Of a DNA stretch of 64,000 nt, positions 1 through 8,745 are shown one piece after another (the stretch's first letter is position 1; each line of letters begins with the position of its first letter). The notes under the pieces are model-generated. The model saw only the letters and a program-made list of their open reading frames with translations, ran no database searches and was not told the origin of the DNA. The position numbers were made by a program, and so were the translations under genes. Source of the DNA: an uncultured bacterium (lineage in GTDB: Bacteria > CSSED10-310 > CAZUFC01); assembly GCA_964619725.1 (NCBI GenBank), contig CAZUFC010000010.1, positions 38,277-102,276 on the forward strand. The letters are read 5' to 3'.

Positions 1-30
1 GATATGAAAGAAACGTTTTACTGCGATACA

Positions 31-115
<85 letters not shown>

Positions 116-120
116 AAAGG

Positions 121-145
121 AAAGCCGGTTACGCCGGCTTTTTTT
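121..145 (+). terminator. Intrinsic terminator after tRNA-Leu
   Basis: AAAGCCGG-TTACG-CCGGCTTT hairpin followed by a T run. Confidence 0.85.
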
Positions 146-392
146 CTGTACCTTTCATTTGTTTCATTTGAATCCTGAATACTGGATTTTTCAAACGAAA
201 TGACCCTTTTCACCGCTCAAACCGCTGGATTTCCGTATCCAATCTGATTTATAATATCCGGTGGAGGGTTGGACGGAATGACAGAATTTTTAAATTCAGT
301 CAAGGGGGTTATTTATTCATTAAAATGAGCAAAAACGCGAAAAAAATGCGATTGATATTCTTGAAATTTTATTTGAAAGCAAGGCGGGCATC

Positions 393-1928
393 ATGAAAAA
401 TCATGGCGATAAAAAAATATATTCAACTTTATTAAAGATTTTTATTCCATTAGCCGTGGTCGCGGTTTTCGTACAAGGCACAGGCTATGGTTTTTGGATG
501 AATTCGAGTGAAGAGGAGGTGACTTCAGGGCAACCGGAAAAGGGATGGGAAAATCGATGCTCTACGCCCGAGTATGGGGGATTCGGAGAAGCGCTTGCGG
601 GCACGGGCGATTACATTTACGCGGTCAAATGCGCTTATTCATATTCCACTCCGAAACTATGGCGTTATGATCCCTATGGGGATGCCTGGGAAACGATGAA
701 CGCTTCTAATTTGTATTCCGGCGCTTTCCGGAACGGAACGACATTGGCCTGGGACAGCAACGACAGGCTTTATTGTATGGCCGGGGCCCGATACAGCGAC
801 TTTAATCGTCGCGAATTTTATTGTTATTCCATCTCTGACGATAGCTGGACGCCCCTTGCCGATACGCCTTACGATCAGGGTGCGGGAGACGCCCTGATAT
901 GGTCGGGATATAACGACCGGCTATATGCGGTAATGGGTTCCAGCGTCCATGAAACCGCTTTCGGCGCCTATGATCCTGAAACCGACTCCTGGACCCTGTT
1001 TTCAGACCCGCCGGCAATTACTGACGACGGTTGCTCTCTCGCCTGGACCGGCGGCCGTTATTTATACTGCTTAAGAGGCGAAAACTATGAAACTCTGCCT
1101 CTCCGTGATTTCTGGCGATACGACATGCAGTCGGATACCTGGAGTTCCCTTAATAAAATTCCTGAAGCCAGTGGAGTCGGAGACGGCGGGTCCTTGCTTT
1201 ATATCGGAAATTGGGAACCGGGGCAAAGCGATTTTATTTATGCCCTGGGCGGCAACAGTTGTTGGGAAGACCCCGGATACGGTTTTTTCCGTTATACCAT
1301 ATCAACCGACCTTTGGGAAAAATTGGACGACCTGCCCTATCCCGTCGGCAGCTTCAACGGCTCCCGTATCGGTTATGCCGCGGGCAGCATTTATTGCTGG
1401 CAAGGTTCCCCCGATTATTATCCTGGAGGAGGAGATAAATTTTTTTCTTACCCTATCTCCTCATCACCCGCAACGCCCACGAGAACACCCACTCCGACAG
1501 TAACGCCCACAGCGGAATGCTCCGCCACTCCTGCCCCTTCTCCGACCCCTTTTACTTCTGATTTTGCCGTCCAACTCGAAATGCCCGCCCATTACTTCTC
1601 CTGGGGGAATATATGCCGGCTGAACGCGTATCTCTATAACTGCTCGGATAATGAATTGTTCAATGTTCCGCTGGTCGTTATTCTCGATGTCTATGGACAA
1701 TACTGGTACTGGAATCGATGGACACCCGATTTCGATTACAATTTGATCAGGCTCCCTCCCGGCGTTTCTGAAAAAGAAATCATCTCCTCATTTGTCTGGC
1801 CCGATATGGGAAATGATGAACTTACAGGCATCATATTCTGGGGCGCCATGCTGAATGAAAACATGAACGGAATCCTGGGCGGCATGGACGGCATCAGCCA
1901 ATGGAACTTCGGTTACGGACCCAGATAG
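393..1928 (+). CDS. Secreted Kelch-type beta-propeller protein with Pro/Thr linker and shared C-terminal domain
   Basis: Hydrophobic N-terminus; repeated G-x-L...LY.L.G...F..Yd..sD.W blades; SSPATPTRTPTPT linker; C-terminal domain similar to those of 30374..32761 and 60066..63161. Confidence 0.8.
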   Translation: MKNHGDKKIYSTLLKIFIPLAVVAVFVQGTGYGFWMNSSEEEVTSGQPEKGWENRCSTPEYGGFGEALAGTGDYIYAVKCAYSYSTPKLWRYDPYGDAWETMNASNLYSGAFRNGTTLAWDSNDRLYCMAGARYSDFNRREFYCYSISDDSWTPLADTPYDQGAGDALIWSGYNDRLYAVMGSSVHETAFGAYDPETDSWTLFSDPPAITDDGCSLAWTGGRYLYCLRGENYETLPLRDFWRYDMQSDTWSSLNKIPEASGVGDGGSLLYIGNWEPGQSDFIYALGGNSCWEDPGYGFFRYTISTDLWEKLDDLPYPVGSFNGSRIGYAAGSIYCWQGSPDYYPGGGDKFFSYPISSSPATPTRTPTPTVTPTAECSATPAPSPTPFTSDFAVQLEMPAHYFSWGNICRLNAYLYNCSDNELFNVPLVVILDVYGQYWYWNRWTPDFDYNLIRLPPGVSEKEIISSFVWPDMGNDELTGIIFWGAMLNENMNGILGGMDGISQWNFGYGPR

Positions 1929-2058
1929 TAACTGTCCACAAACGCGAATCTCTATTACAAATTTAATGTTGGACAGTCGCTACGGTTTTTGGACAAAAAC
2001 TGGGTAGCTCCTGTCCACAAACTCGATTTCCTATCCAAATTTTTATGCCGGCTGACTC
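1926..2058. repeat. Cluster of dispersed repeat: one 57-bp unit, a GTTTTTGGACAAAAAC palindrome and a second degenerate unit
   Basis: TAGTAACTGTCCACAAAC...AAATTTAATGTTGGACAGTCGCTA (1926-1982) matches 12676-12732 and the reverse complement of 44312-44368. Confidence 0.8.
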
Positions 2059-2069
2059 CGCATACTCCT

Positions 2070-3932
2070 TCAATGAATGTTATCGCTCTTTTCCGGAGAG
2101 ATCGCCGGAAAAGAAGCCGCCGTCAACAACTCCTGTTTAGGCGCATATTCGGAATACACGGTCTCCCAATGGACATCCGGCCTCAGTTTGCTTATAACTT
2201 CTTCAAAACGTTCCAGTATCTCAGCGTACTTCTTGTCGCTCGGATATCGCCAGTGAACGATCAGTATTTTATAATCGACAAGATTTACTGAATCTTCGTT
2301 CCTCAAAAATTCTTTCAGTCTTTTTATCGTTTCGCCTTCGACCCTTTCAATTCCCTGTCGATAATAATTCGGCCCCTGAAATTCGTAAAGGTCCGGGACA
2401 TGATAAGCTAAAAACTTCACAACCGGCGACCAGCGCCAATCCAATATACGAACCTGGTATCCCTCTGTGTTCAAACGGCGGGCCAATAACGCCGACTCCC
2501 GCTCCTGTATCAGACAATTATCTTTTCTGTTGAAAAACGTTTGAGCCCCCAGAACGATATCAGCGGTACAAACAAACAGAAGCAACGCTGCCGGAAGAAA
2601 TTTTTTGACTTTTCTTAACAGTGGATCGAGAATGCTGAAACCAGTAAGAGCGAAAAATACATACAGGGCCAGAATTGTATTGGACCGGCTTGGATTGGGA
2701 GGATACAACCATGTGTCGCCTATGTAAGTCGTCGCCAGCAATACGAAGCTTATCAGGCAAAAAAGATTCATCTTCTTTCTGATCCTGAAGACGGCCCCGA
2801 TTAATCCGAGATAAAACAGGGGAAACGAAGCCATAGGATAGTATAATCCATGCATTTTCTGATCGAAAAAGGGTGTAAAATGAAAAACGAAGGCTTTTAA
2901 ATTGAGAAGGAAATCGCCTTTTGCAAAGAAGTTTTTTAATTCGCCGGACGCACGACCCATATAAGGTCCCCACCAATGAAAAAGGTAATACAGCATAGGG
3001 GAATAAATTATGATGCAGGCGGCCAGTGAAGCTGAAAATTTCCACTTGTTTCGCCGTATGAATTTCGGGTCCAGGAAAACCGAGACGATAAGCGTCAATA
3101 TCGCAGCGGCGGGTATCAGCCGGAACGCGTGATAGGTCAGCAGTCCGAATCCCATGATCGCGCCTGAGCCTATAAAATCGCTCCACTTTTCTCTCCTTAT
3201 TGACCGGCTCAAATAATAAAGTAGAAGCAACAAGCATAACGGACAAATAATACGTCTGTACGGAATACGGCCGTCCATCAGGAATCCCGGAGCGGCCGCC
3301 AGGAAAGCAGCCCCTGCCAATCCGTAGTATTTTTTATCGAATTCCTTCGATCCGAAAAAATATGCCGCGGCGCAAGTCATTGTTCCTATTACGGCGAGAA
3401 AAAGCGCTACCGCAGTTATATTATTGCCGAAAACCGCCAGGAACGGCATCATCAGGTACATGAACAACGTTTCCTTTGAATGATCTTCAAAGGTGAAAAC
3501 ATTGAACGTTCTTCTTCCGTGCAGGAGATCACAGGAAAAAGCGCAATTCCAGGCGCCGTCGTCACCGAAGCAGTAGGGATGCTCTTCAGCCTTATAAACT
3601 CTTAAAATGAAAGAGATTAGAAGAATTATGATTAAAAGCGACAAACTGAAAACATTCTTTCTCCTCTGCGGCCCTGCGGTGCGATCCTGCCCAGCTTTTA
3701 CTTCCGCTTTCTTCACTAGAATCCAGGCGGCGGCCAACAAAATGCACGCCAGTATCCACCATAACCAGTAGTCAACGCCCTCAGAAAAAACAACCGACCA
3801 ATCGGCTTCATCAAATCGAACGCGACCCGCTATATTTTTAAAATAAATTTTCTCTCGGAAATATACTACAGAGGAAGCGCCCAGCCCCGCAGTCATCAAA
3901 AACAGAACTCCAAAAAAACGAATCCGCTTCAT
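2070..3932 (-). CDS. Multi-pass membrane glycosyltransferase, GT-C fold (ArnT/PMT-like)
   Basis: Many TM segments; LRVYK...GDDGAWN acidic loop after a TM helix; GLLTYHAFR motif; soluble C-terminal domain. Confidence 0.7.
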   Translation of the reverse strand: MKRIRFFGVLFLMTAGLGASSVVYFREKIYFKNIAGRVRFDEADWSVVFSEGVDYWLWWILACILLAAAWILVKKAEVKAGQDRTAGPQRRKNVFSLSLLIIILLISFILRVYKAEEHPYCFGDDGAWNCAFSCDLLHGRRTFNVFTFEDHSKETLFMYLMMPFLAVFGNNITAVALFLAVIGTMTCAAAYFFGSKEFDKKYYGLAGAAFLAAAPGFLMDGRIPYRRIICPLCLLLLLYYLSRSIRREKWSDFIGSGAIMGFGLLTYHAFRLIPAAAILTLIVSVFLDPKFIRRNKWKFSASLAACIIIYSPMLYYLFHWWGPYMGRASGELKNFFAKGDFLLNLKAFVFHFTPFFDQKMHGLYYPMASFPLFYLGLIGAVFRIRKKMNLFCLISFVLLATTYIGDTWLYPPNPSRSNTILALYVFFALTGFSILDPLLRKVKKFLPAALLLFVCTADIVLGAQTFFNRKDNCLIQERESALLARRLNTEGYQVRILDWRWSPVVKFLAYHVPDLYEFQGPNYYRQGIERVEGETIKRLKEFLRNEDSVNLVDYKILIVHWRYPSDKKYAEILERFEEVISKLRPDVHWETVYSEYAPKQELLTAASFPAISPEKSDNIH

Positions 3933-3940
3933 TTAATCAA

Positions 3941-5344
3941 TCAGATGGAATCGGTTTGCACTCTTTCTTTCAATGATTTCAAATATCTCATATATTCTGA
4001 ATTCAATTTGATCCATTTTTTGACTATGAAACGACCGCCCAACTTTATCCCCACATTTACCGCAGAAGTCCTCCTGATGGATGCCCGGATATTCAGCAAA
4101 CCCTTTAGCAAACTCTCCGCCGCCAGATTCAAACCCTCATTGAATGCCGAAGTCAATGAATAAAAGTCTGAAAAAGAATCGATCACGCTTTTTTGAAGTT
4201 CATAAGGGGAAAATTTCAGAGGTTCGAAAACTACATGCAAGCCGTCATAATAGCTCCACTTTTTATGCAGCAGTCGCCCCGCTTTCGCCAGCCTGTGGAA
4301 TAAGTCCGTCCCCGGCAAAGGCGTTAAAGCCATAAATTGGACGGAATCAATGTGATTCTTCTTTACAAAATTCAGCGTATCCTCTACAACTCTTGAATCA
4401 TCTTCATCGCTTCCGAACATAAACATGCCGTGCACCCGGATATCCGACCGGTGAAATATCTCCATCGCATGTCTGATTTCCTCGGGCTTCTGATGCTTGT
4501 TCAGAGCCTCCAACGTCTTCTGATTAACTGACTCAAATCCGATGTATACCCGGGAACACTTCGCTGCCGCCATCTTTTTTACCAGCGATTCGTCCCGAGC
4601 TATATCCGACCTTACCTGAGCCGACCATCGCCGAATCCTCGGCCTGCTCTCGATCAATCCGTCCATCAGCTCATGAGTCCTTCGGCTGTTTGCTGCAAAA
4701 TTATCGTCATAAAAAAATACGCTCTTTGTCGACGCACGGTTTATCTCTGCTAACGCCCTCTGAACCGATACCGTCCGATAGCGTCTTCCAAACATTTTCG
4801 TTACTGAACAAAAATTGCAACCGAAAGGGCACCCGCGTGACGTTACGATTGGAGTTACATTGATCCTCTCACCGTTGACCAGTAAATTGAAATTCGGTAA
4901 AGGCAATCTGTCCAAATCCTCCACTGTACTGCCTTGTATTATCTTATCATCAGAACCGTAACGCAAAAGATCAGAAATTACGTTTTCTCCCTCACCCAAT
5001 ACCACATGATCCGCATAAGGCGTCAATTCCTCCGGTAAAAAAGTGGCGTGAACGCCGCCGATTATGATCTTCGAGTCGGGATTCCTTTTTCTGAACTGCA
5101 CCGCAATCTGCAACCCTCTTTCGATTGTCGGAGTCAAACAACTCAACAGCAGATAATCCGCATCCATATCGCTCGACTTAAGTTTATCCCTTAACAAATT
5201 CTCGTTTATCACCTTTACGTCGTAACCCTCGTCCTCCAATATAGTCCCCAATATCAGCGTGCCCATTAAAGGCAACTGACTGTCGGCATCAAAAACATTC
5301 GCCTTCACTGACGTAGGCTCAACGATTAATACTCTTTTTTTCAT
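3941..5344 (-). CDS. B12-binding domain radical SAM protein
   Basis: IIIGGVHAT...VVLGEGE cobalamin-binding domain; TSRGCPFGCNFC CxxxCxxC; FFYDDNF; IGFES; LTPLPGT. Confidence 0.9.
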   Translation of the reverse strand: MKKRVLIVEPTSVKANVFDADSQLPLMGTLILGTILEDEGYDVKVINENLLRDKLKSSDMDADYLLLSCLTPTIERGLQIAVQFRKRNPDSKIIIGGVHATFLPEELTPYADHVVLGEGENVISDLLRYGSDDKIIQGSTVEDLDRLPLPNFNLLVNGERINVTPIVTSRGCPFGCNFCSVTKMFGRRYRTVSVQRALAEINRASTKSVFFYDDNFAANSRRTHELMDGLIESRPRIRRWSAQVRSDIARDESLVKKMAAAKCSRVYIGFESVNQKTLEALNKHQKPEEIRHAMEIFHRSDIRVHGMFMFGSDEDDSRVVEDTLNFVKKNHIDSVQFMALTPLPGTDLFHRLAKAGRLLHKKWSYYDGLHVVFEPLKFSPYELQKSVIDSFSDFYSLTSAFNEGLNLAAESLLKGLLNIRASIRRTSAVNVGIKLGGRFIVKKWIKLNSEYMRYLKSLKERVQTDSI

Positions 5345-5828
5345 TCATTGCCCCCTTTATCGTTAACAGCCAAATTCCAAATAATACCAGCGAAACAGGC
5401 CAGAATCTCGCATCAAGTGAAAATATCAAAATAAAAGCCAGAGCCAGAAACATTAAAAAAAGTCCGGAATTTTTCAGTATTTTAGCGTCTCTTCGGAAAA
5501 AAGCTGCTGAAAATGAAGATATTCCCAAACACAACAGGAAAAGTGGCCAGGTCTTGGAAATTATGGACCAACTGCTGAAATTGTAGAAAAAAAATATCAC
5601 GCTCGACTGCGCCAAAAATAATCCTATTCCCAATATTTTTAGGTCACGGCGGCCTGACTGAAAAAACAGCATGATTAATCCGATCCCTATTACAAGCGGA
5701 AAAACCGGCCACAACAAATTAACGTTTTTGATGTAACCGAAATTCTCCAGCAACAACAATAATCCCACTATGATAGACAAAACAGCCAATACAATGAATT
5801 GTCCGCCTGGTTTGTATGACTTTTTCAT
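5319..5828 (-). CDS. Membrane protein with LiaF/LiaI-like repeated transmembrane units
   Basis: Repeated WP-x-x-L-x-x-x-G helices (LWPVFPLVIG, TWPLFLLCLG, FWPVSLVLFG). Confidence 0.65.
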   Translation of the reverse strand: MKKSYKPGGQFIVLAVLSIIVGLLLLLENFGYIKNVNLLWPVFPLVIGIGLIMLFFQSGRRDLKILGIGLFLAQSSVIFFFYNFSSWSIISKTWPLFLLCLGISSFSAAFFRRDAKILKNSGLFLMFLALAFILIFSLDARFWPVSLVLFGIWLLTIKGAMNEKKSINR

Positions 5829-5907
5829 AACCTCAATTTTCTTAAAAAACTAACCCCTTCTTTGTATTATAACATAATTCAGTTTTTGTCCACAGGCTTA
5901 AAATTCC

Positions 5908-5983
5908 GGGACTGATCAAACCGGGGCAACAGTTTTTGCCGGTAAAAAAATTGACTGAGTGTAATCCCCGTTTGATCAGTCCC
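5908..5983. repeat. 14-bp perfect inverted repeat pair in a divergent intergenic region
   Basis: GGGACTGATCAAAC (5908-5921) and GTTTGATCAGTCCC (5970-5983); partial GGGACTGATCA also at 8646-8656. Confidence 0.7.
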
Positions 5984-6232
5984 AAAAAATTCACCGAATC
6001 TTCCAGCTCTGGAAACTCGTTTCTCAATCGAATCGTCTTATTTTCATCCGAAAGATATAAAACAGTGAAAACAGCTTGACCTTACGGCGGGGATAATTTA
6101 ATTTCTCCTTACCATGGGAATTTTACAACTTCTGAACTCATACTCGCATCCTTCGATTGATTTAATCCCATCAATTCTGGACAGTCTTTTTCAGACAAAA
6201 TGAAATCAAAACGTTCTTGAAAAGGAGAACCG

Positions 6233-7948
6233 ATGAAAAAAATATTTTGGGTTTTTATGATTGCCGTTTTTTTTCTGATTTCCGCCTGCCGGAAACCTGG
6301 AGTTTCAGAACTGACAATACCTGCAGGCAGCCAGATCGCCGTCGAACTCAAAGATGTCAGGCAACTCTGGAATCGTCTGAAAACTTCACAGCTTTATATC
6401 GAATTTGTCGAATTGCAAACGTATAAGAAATTTTCCGAGAATCCCCAAGTAGAAGAGTTTCTGGCCAATCTTGAAAAGGCGGAACAGGAATACGGATTTA
6501 AACTGAATGAAGAAACCATAATGCAATTGATCGGACAACAGGCAAAAATAGCTTTCCTGAAAGAACCTTCCGGTATCTTGCTGGTTTCAGAAATTGCAGA
6601 TCGAGAAAATTTAGTCAAAATGCTTCAATTCATTGAGGAGGCCGTCAGCAAGAAGGAACGCTTCTCAACAGAAAAGAATAACTATGAAGACTTCGACATC
6701 ACGGTTTTCCGATCGAAATTAAATTCGAAAAGCGATGCCGGTTTCGGTTTCGCATTATCGGAATCCACCCTTCTGGTTGCTTCAAATCCGGCCCTTTTTA
6801 ATATTCAGATTGATCTTCTTTCCGGCAAGGATTCAAACTTCTTAGCTGAACAACAAGACTATAAAACTGCAAAAAAACAGCTCGGCGATTATCCTGTTGT
6901 GGTTTTTGCCCGAGGAAGCGGCATTTCCGCCTCTTTAAAAAAGATAATGCAGACGTGGCACGATATTAAAACGGGAATCGATGCCGACAAACAAAACATC
7001 GTCGATACTTCCATAGTAGGTCTGAATTATGAAAACGGCGAAATCTCTTCCGTCACTCATTCCTTTTTGAAGGACTCGGATAAATCGACAAAGAGGGAGA
7101 ACATAATAGCTTCTTTGCTCAACGACAGGAAAATTGAACCGGAATCGCTCGAATTATTTGCAAAAGATGCCCTTCTGGCAGCCGCAGGAGCCATTAACTT
7201 CGAAAAATTAAAAGTTTTGCTGCAGGATCAAAACCTGCTCGATCCTTCTGCCCGGGACGGCCAGGGATTAGGAAACCTGAAACAGGATTTCAACCTGACG
7301 CAGGAGAATCTCAGCCAGGCGGAAGAAATACTGGACGTTCTGCAAGGCCAGGCAGCCTTTGCTATTGAAAAGATCGATTTCGGAGGTTTTATTCCCATAC
7401 CTCGCGTTCTGCTGACGGCCAAACTTAAGGATCAAAACCGGGCACAGGAACTTTTGAAACGACTGTTCAATGAACCTGTTCAAAATCTTGTGAAGGACAA
7501 AGGTTTTGAATTCATCGAAGAGGAATACGAGGGCAATATAATTCACTATATCCCTTTACCGTTCGGAAACAACCTTTCGCCGGGATGGACGATAATAGAC
7601 GATATCCTCGTGATGGGAACCAGCTACCAGGCATTGACGTCAGCAGTCGACCGGCTGTTCAAAGATTCGGACGAAAAAGCGGACTACCTGCTCCAAAATG
7701 AATTCGTAAAATCATCATTAGAATCGCATGAAGAAGCGAAAAATCTAATCTTCTATTACAACAACGTCGAAACCGTCATTCAACTGAAAAAAATCCTGAC
7801 GACATACCGCATACTGATCCAAAAAAAAGTCGACGTTGATATGATCGGGAACATCCTGTCCGGCTTGGACAATTTCGGCGCATTTTCATCAGTCATGACT
7901 TACGACCGTAATATCCTTACCGTATCAAACCGATTCAAAATAAACTAA
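6233..7948 (+). CDS. Putative lipoprotein, DUF3352-like
   Basis: Signal peptide with lipobox LISAC; RBS AAGGAG; YEG..I...W.IIDD.LV.GTS pattern recalled from DUF3352-type proteins. Confidence 0.55.
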   Translation: MKKIFWVFMIAVFFLISACRKPGVSELTIPAGSQIAVELKDVRQLWNRLKTSQLYIEFVELQTYKKFSENPQVEEFLANLEKAEQEYGFKLNEETIMQLIGQQAKIAFLKEPSGILLVSEIADRENLVKMLQFIEEAVSKKERFSTEKNNYEDFDITVFRSKLNSKSDAGFGFALSESTLLVASNPALFNIQIDLLSGKDSNFLAEQQDYKTAKKQLGDYPVVVFARGSGISASLKKIMQTWHDIKTGIDADKQNIVDTSIVGLNYENGEISSVTHSFLKDSDKSTKRENIIASLLNDRKIEPESLELFAKDALLAAAGAINFEKLKVLLQDQNLLDPSARDGQGLGNLKQDFNLTQENLSQAEEILDVLQGQAAFAIEKIDFGGFIPIPRVLLTAKLKDQNRAQELLKRLFNEPVQNLVKDKGFEFIEEEYEGNIIHYIPLPFGNNLSPGWTIIDDILVMGTSYQALTSAVDRLFKDSDEKADYLLQNEFVKSSLESHEEAKNLIFYYNNVETVIQLKKILTTYRILIQKKVDVDMIGNILSGLDNFGAFSSVMTYDRNILTVSNRFKIN

Positions 7949-7998
7949 GCCTGCCCAAAGGAATGCGACGTCTCGTCAAGGTTTATCAGTGGTTTCCA

Positions 7999-8019
7999 AA
8001 GGGCTCTGACCCCTTCGCC
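7999..8019 (-). repeat. Short REP-like repeat GGCGAAGGGGTCAGAGCCCTT, copy 1
   Basis: Reverse complement is identical over 21 nt to 12991-13011; core also at 15085-15103. Confidence 0.7.
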
Positions 8020-8203
8020 GGCGCCTGAGCCGCCTGCTTTTTCCCCCATGGCATCCGTCTGCCGGTGACTAGACCGGTCAGAGGGGCTTCTTTCACGGGC
8101 GATCCCTGGACAAGAGAAGTTGTTTTGGTATAAAGGGGAGAACTGCAGACGAAATGTCGTGTGCGTGACAGTAATAATTTCGATTTTCAAACAGGAGGGA
8201 ACG

Positions 8204-8641
8204 ATGAAAGCGGAATATTGGGCAATTTTAACCGCTCTGTGCTGGGCATTCGGATCTTTTTTTGAAAAAAAAGGAGTGAAACTCGGAGGTCTGTCGCCGG
8301 TTTTGGGAGCAGCCATTCGCACAGCGATAAGCGTTATTGCTCTTGGTTTGCTGAGCATGCCCTTCTGGCGTCAGATTAAAATCGCGGGTCCCCGACCAAT
8401 AGCAATGGTCGCCATATCCGGGGGGATTTTTTCCGGCACCCTGGGGATATGGTTTCTGTATAAATCATTGAGCGGCGGAAACCTTTCTATCGTTATGCCC
8501 ATCGCTTTCTGCCTGACTCCCGTTATCGGTTCAATTCTCGGTTTGATCTTTATGAAAGAAAAACTTCACTTCCTGCAAGCCCTCGGCATATTGATGACCG
8601 TTCTCGGCGCAACGTTAACCGTTTATTTCAGAGTCGAGTAA
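8204..8641 (+). CDS. EamA/DMT family small membrane transporter
   Basis: ATG after AGGAGG (ORF track start 8120 is probably too early); about 5 TM helices; A.CWAFG.F.EK.G...and ..EKL....LG motifs. Confidence 0.8.
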   Translation: MKAEYWAILTALCWAFGSFFEKKGVKLGGLSPVLGAAIRTAISVIALGLLSMPFWRQIKIAGPRPIAMVAISGGIFSGTLGIWFLYKSLSGGNLSIVMPIAFCLTPVIGSILGLIFMKEKLHFLQALGILMTVLGATLTVYFRVE

Positions 8642-8745
8642 CCAGGGGACTGATCATTCTCCGGCCGCAATATTTCACTTTTTATTTTCTTTATTTTATG
8701 GGGCTCCCCGATCTTCAAGCAGCGACTGCGGCGGTTAGCTGAAAA

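Noticed and set aside
1926-2058. Possible mini CRISPR array (CTGTCCACAAAC repeated ~80 nt apart)
   Set aside because: Only two diverged units, similarity runs through the would-be spacer, no cas genes, and the same unit is dispersed elsewhere.
1989-2291. 100-aa ORF starting MDKNW
   Set aside because: Begins inside the repeat cluster and runs antisense to the glycosyltransferase.
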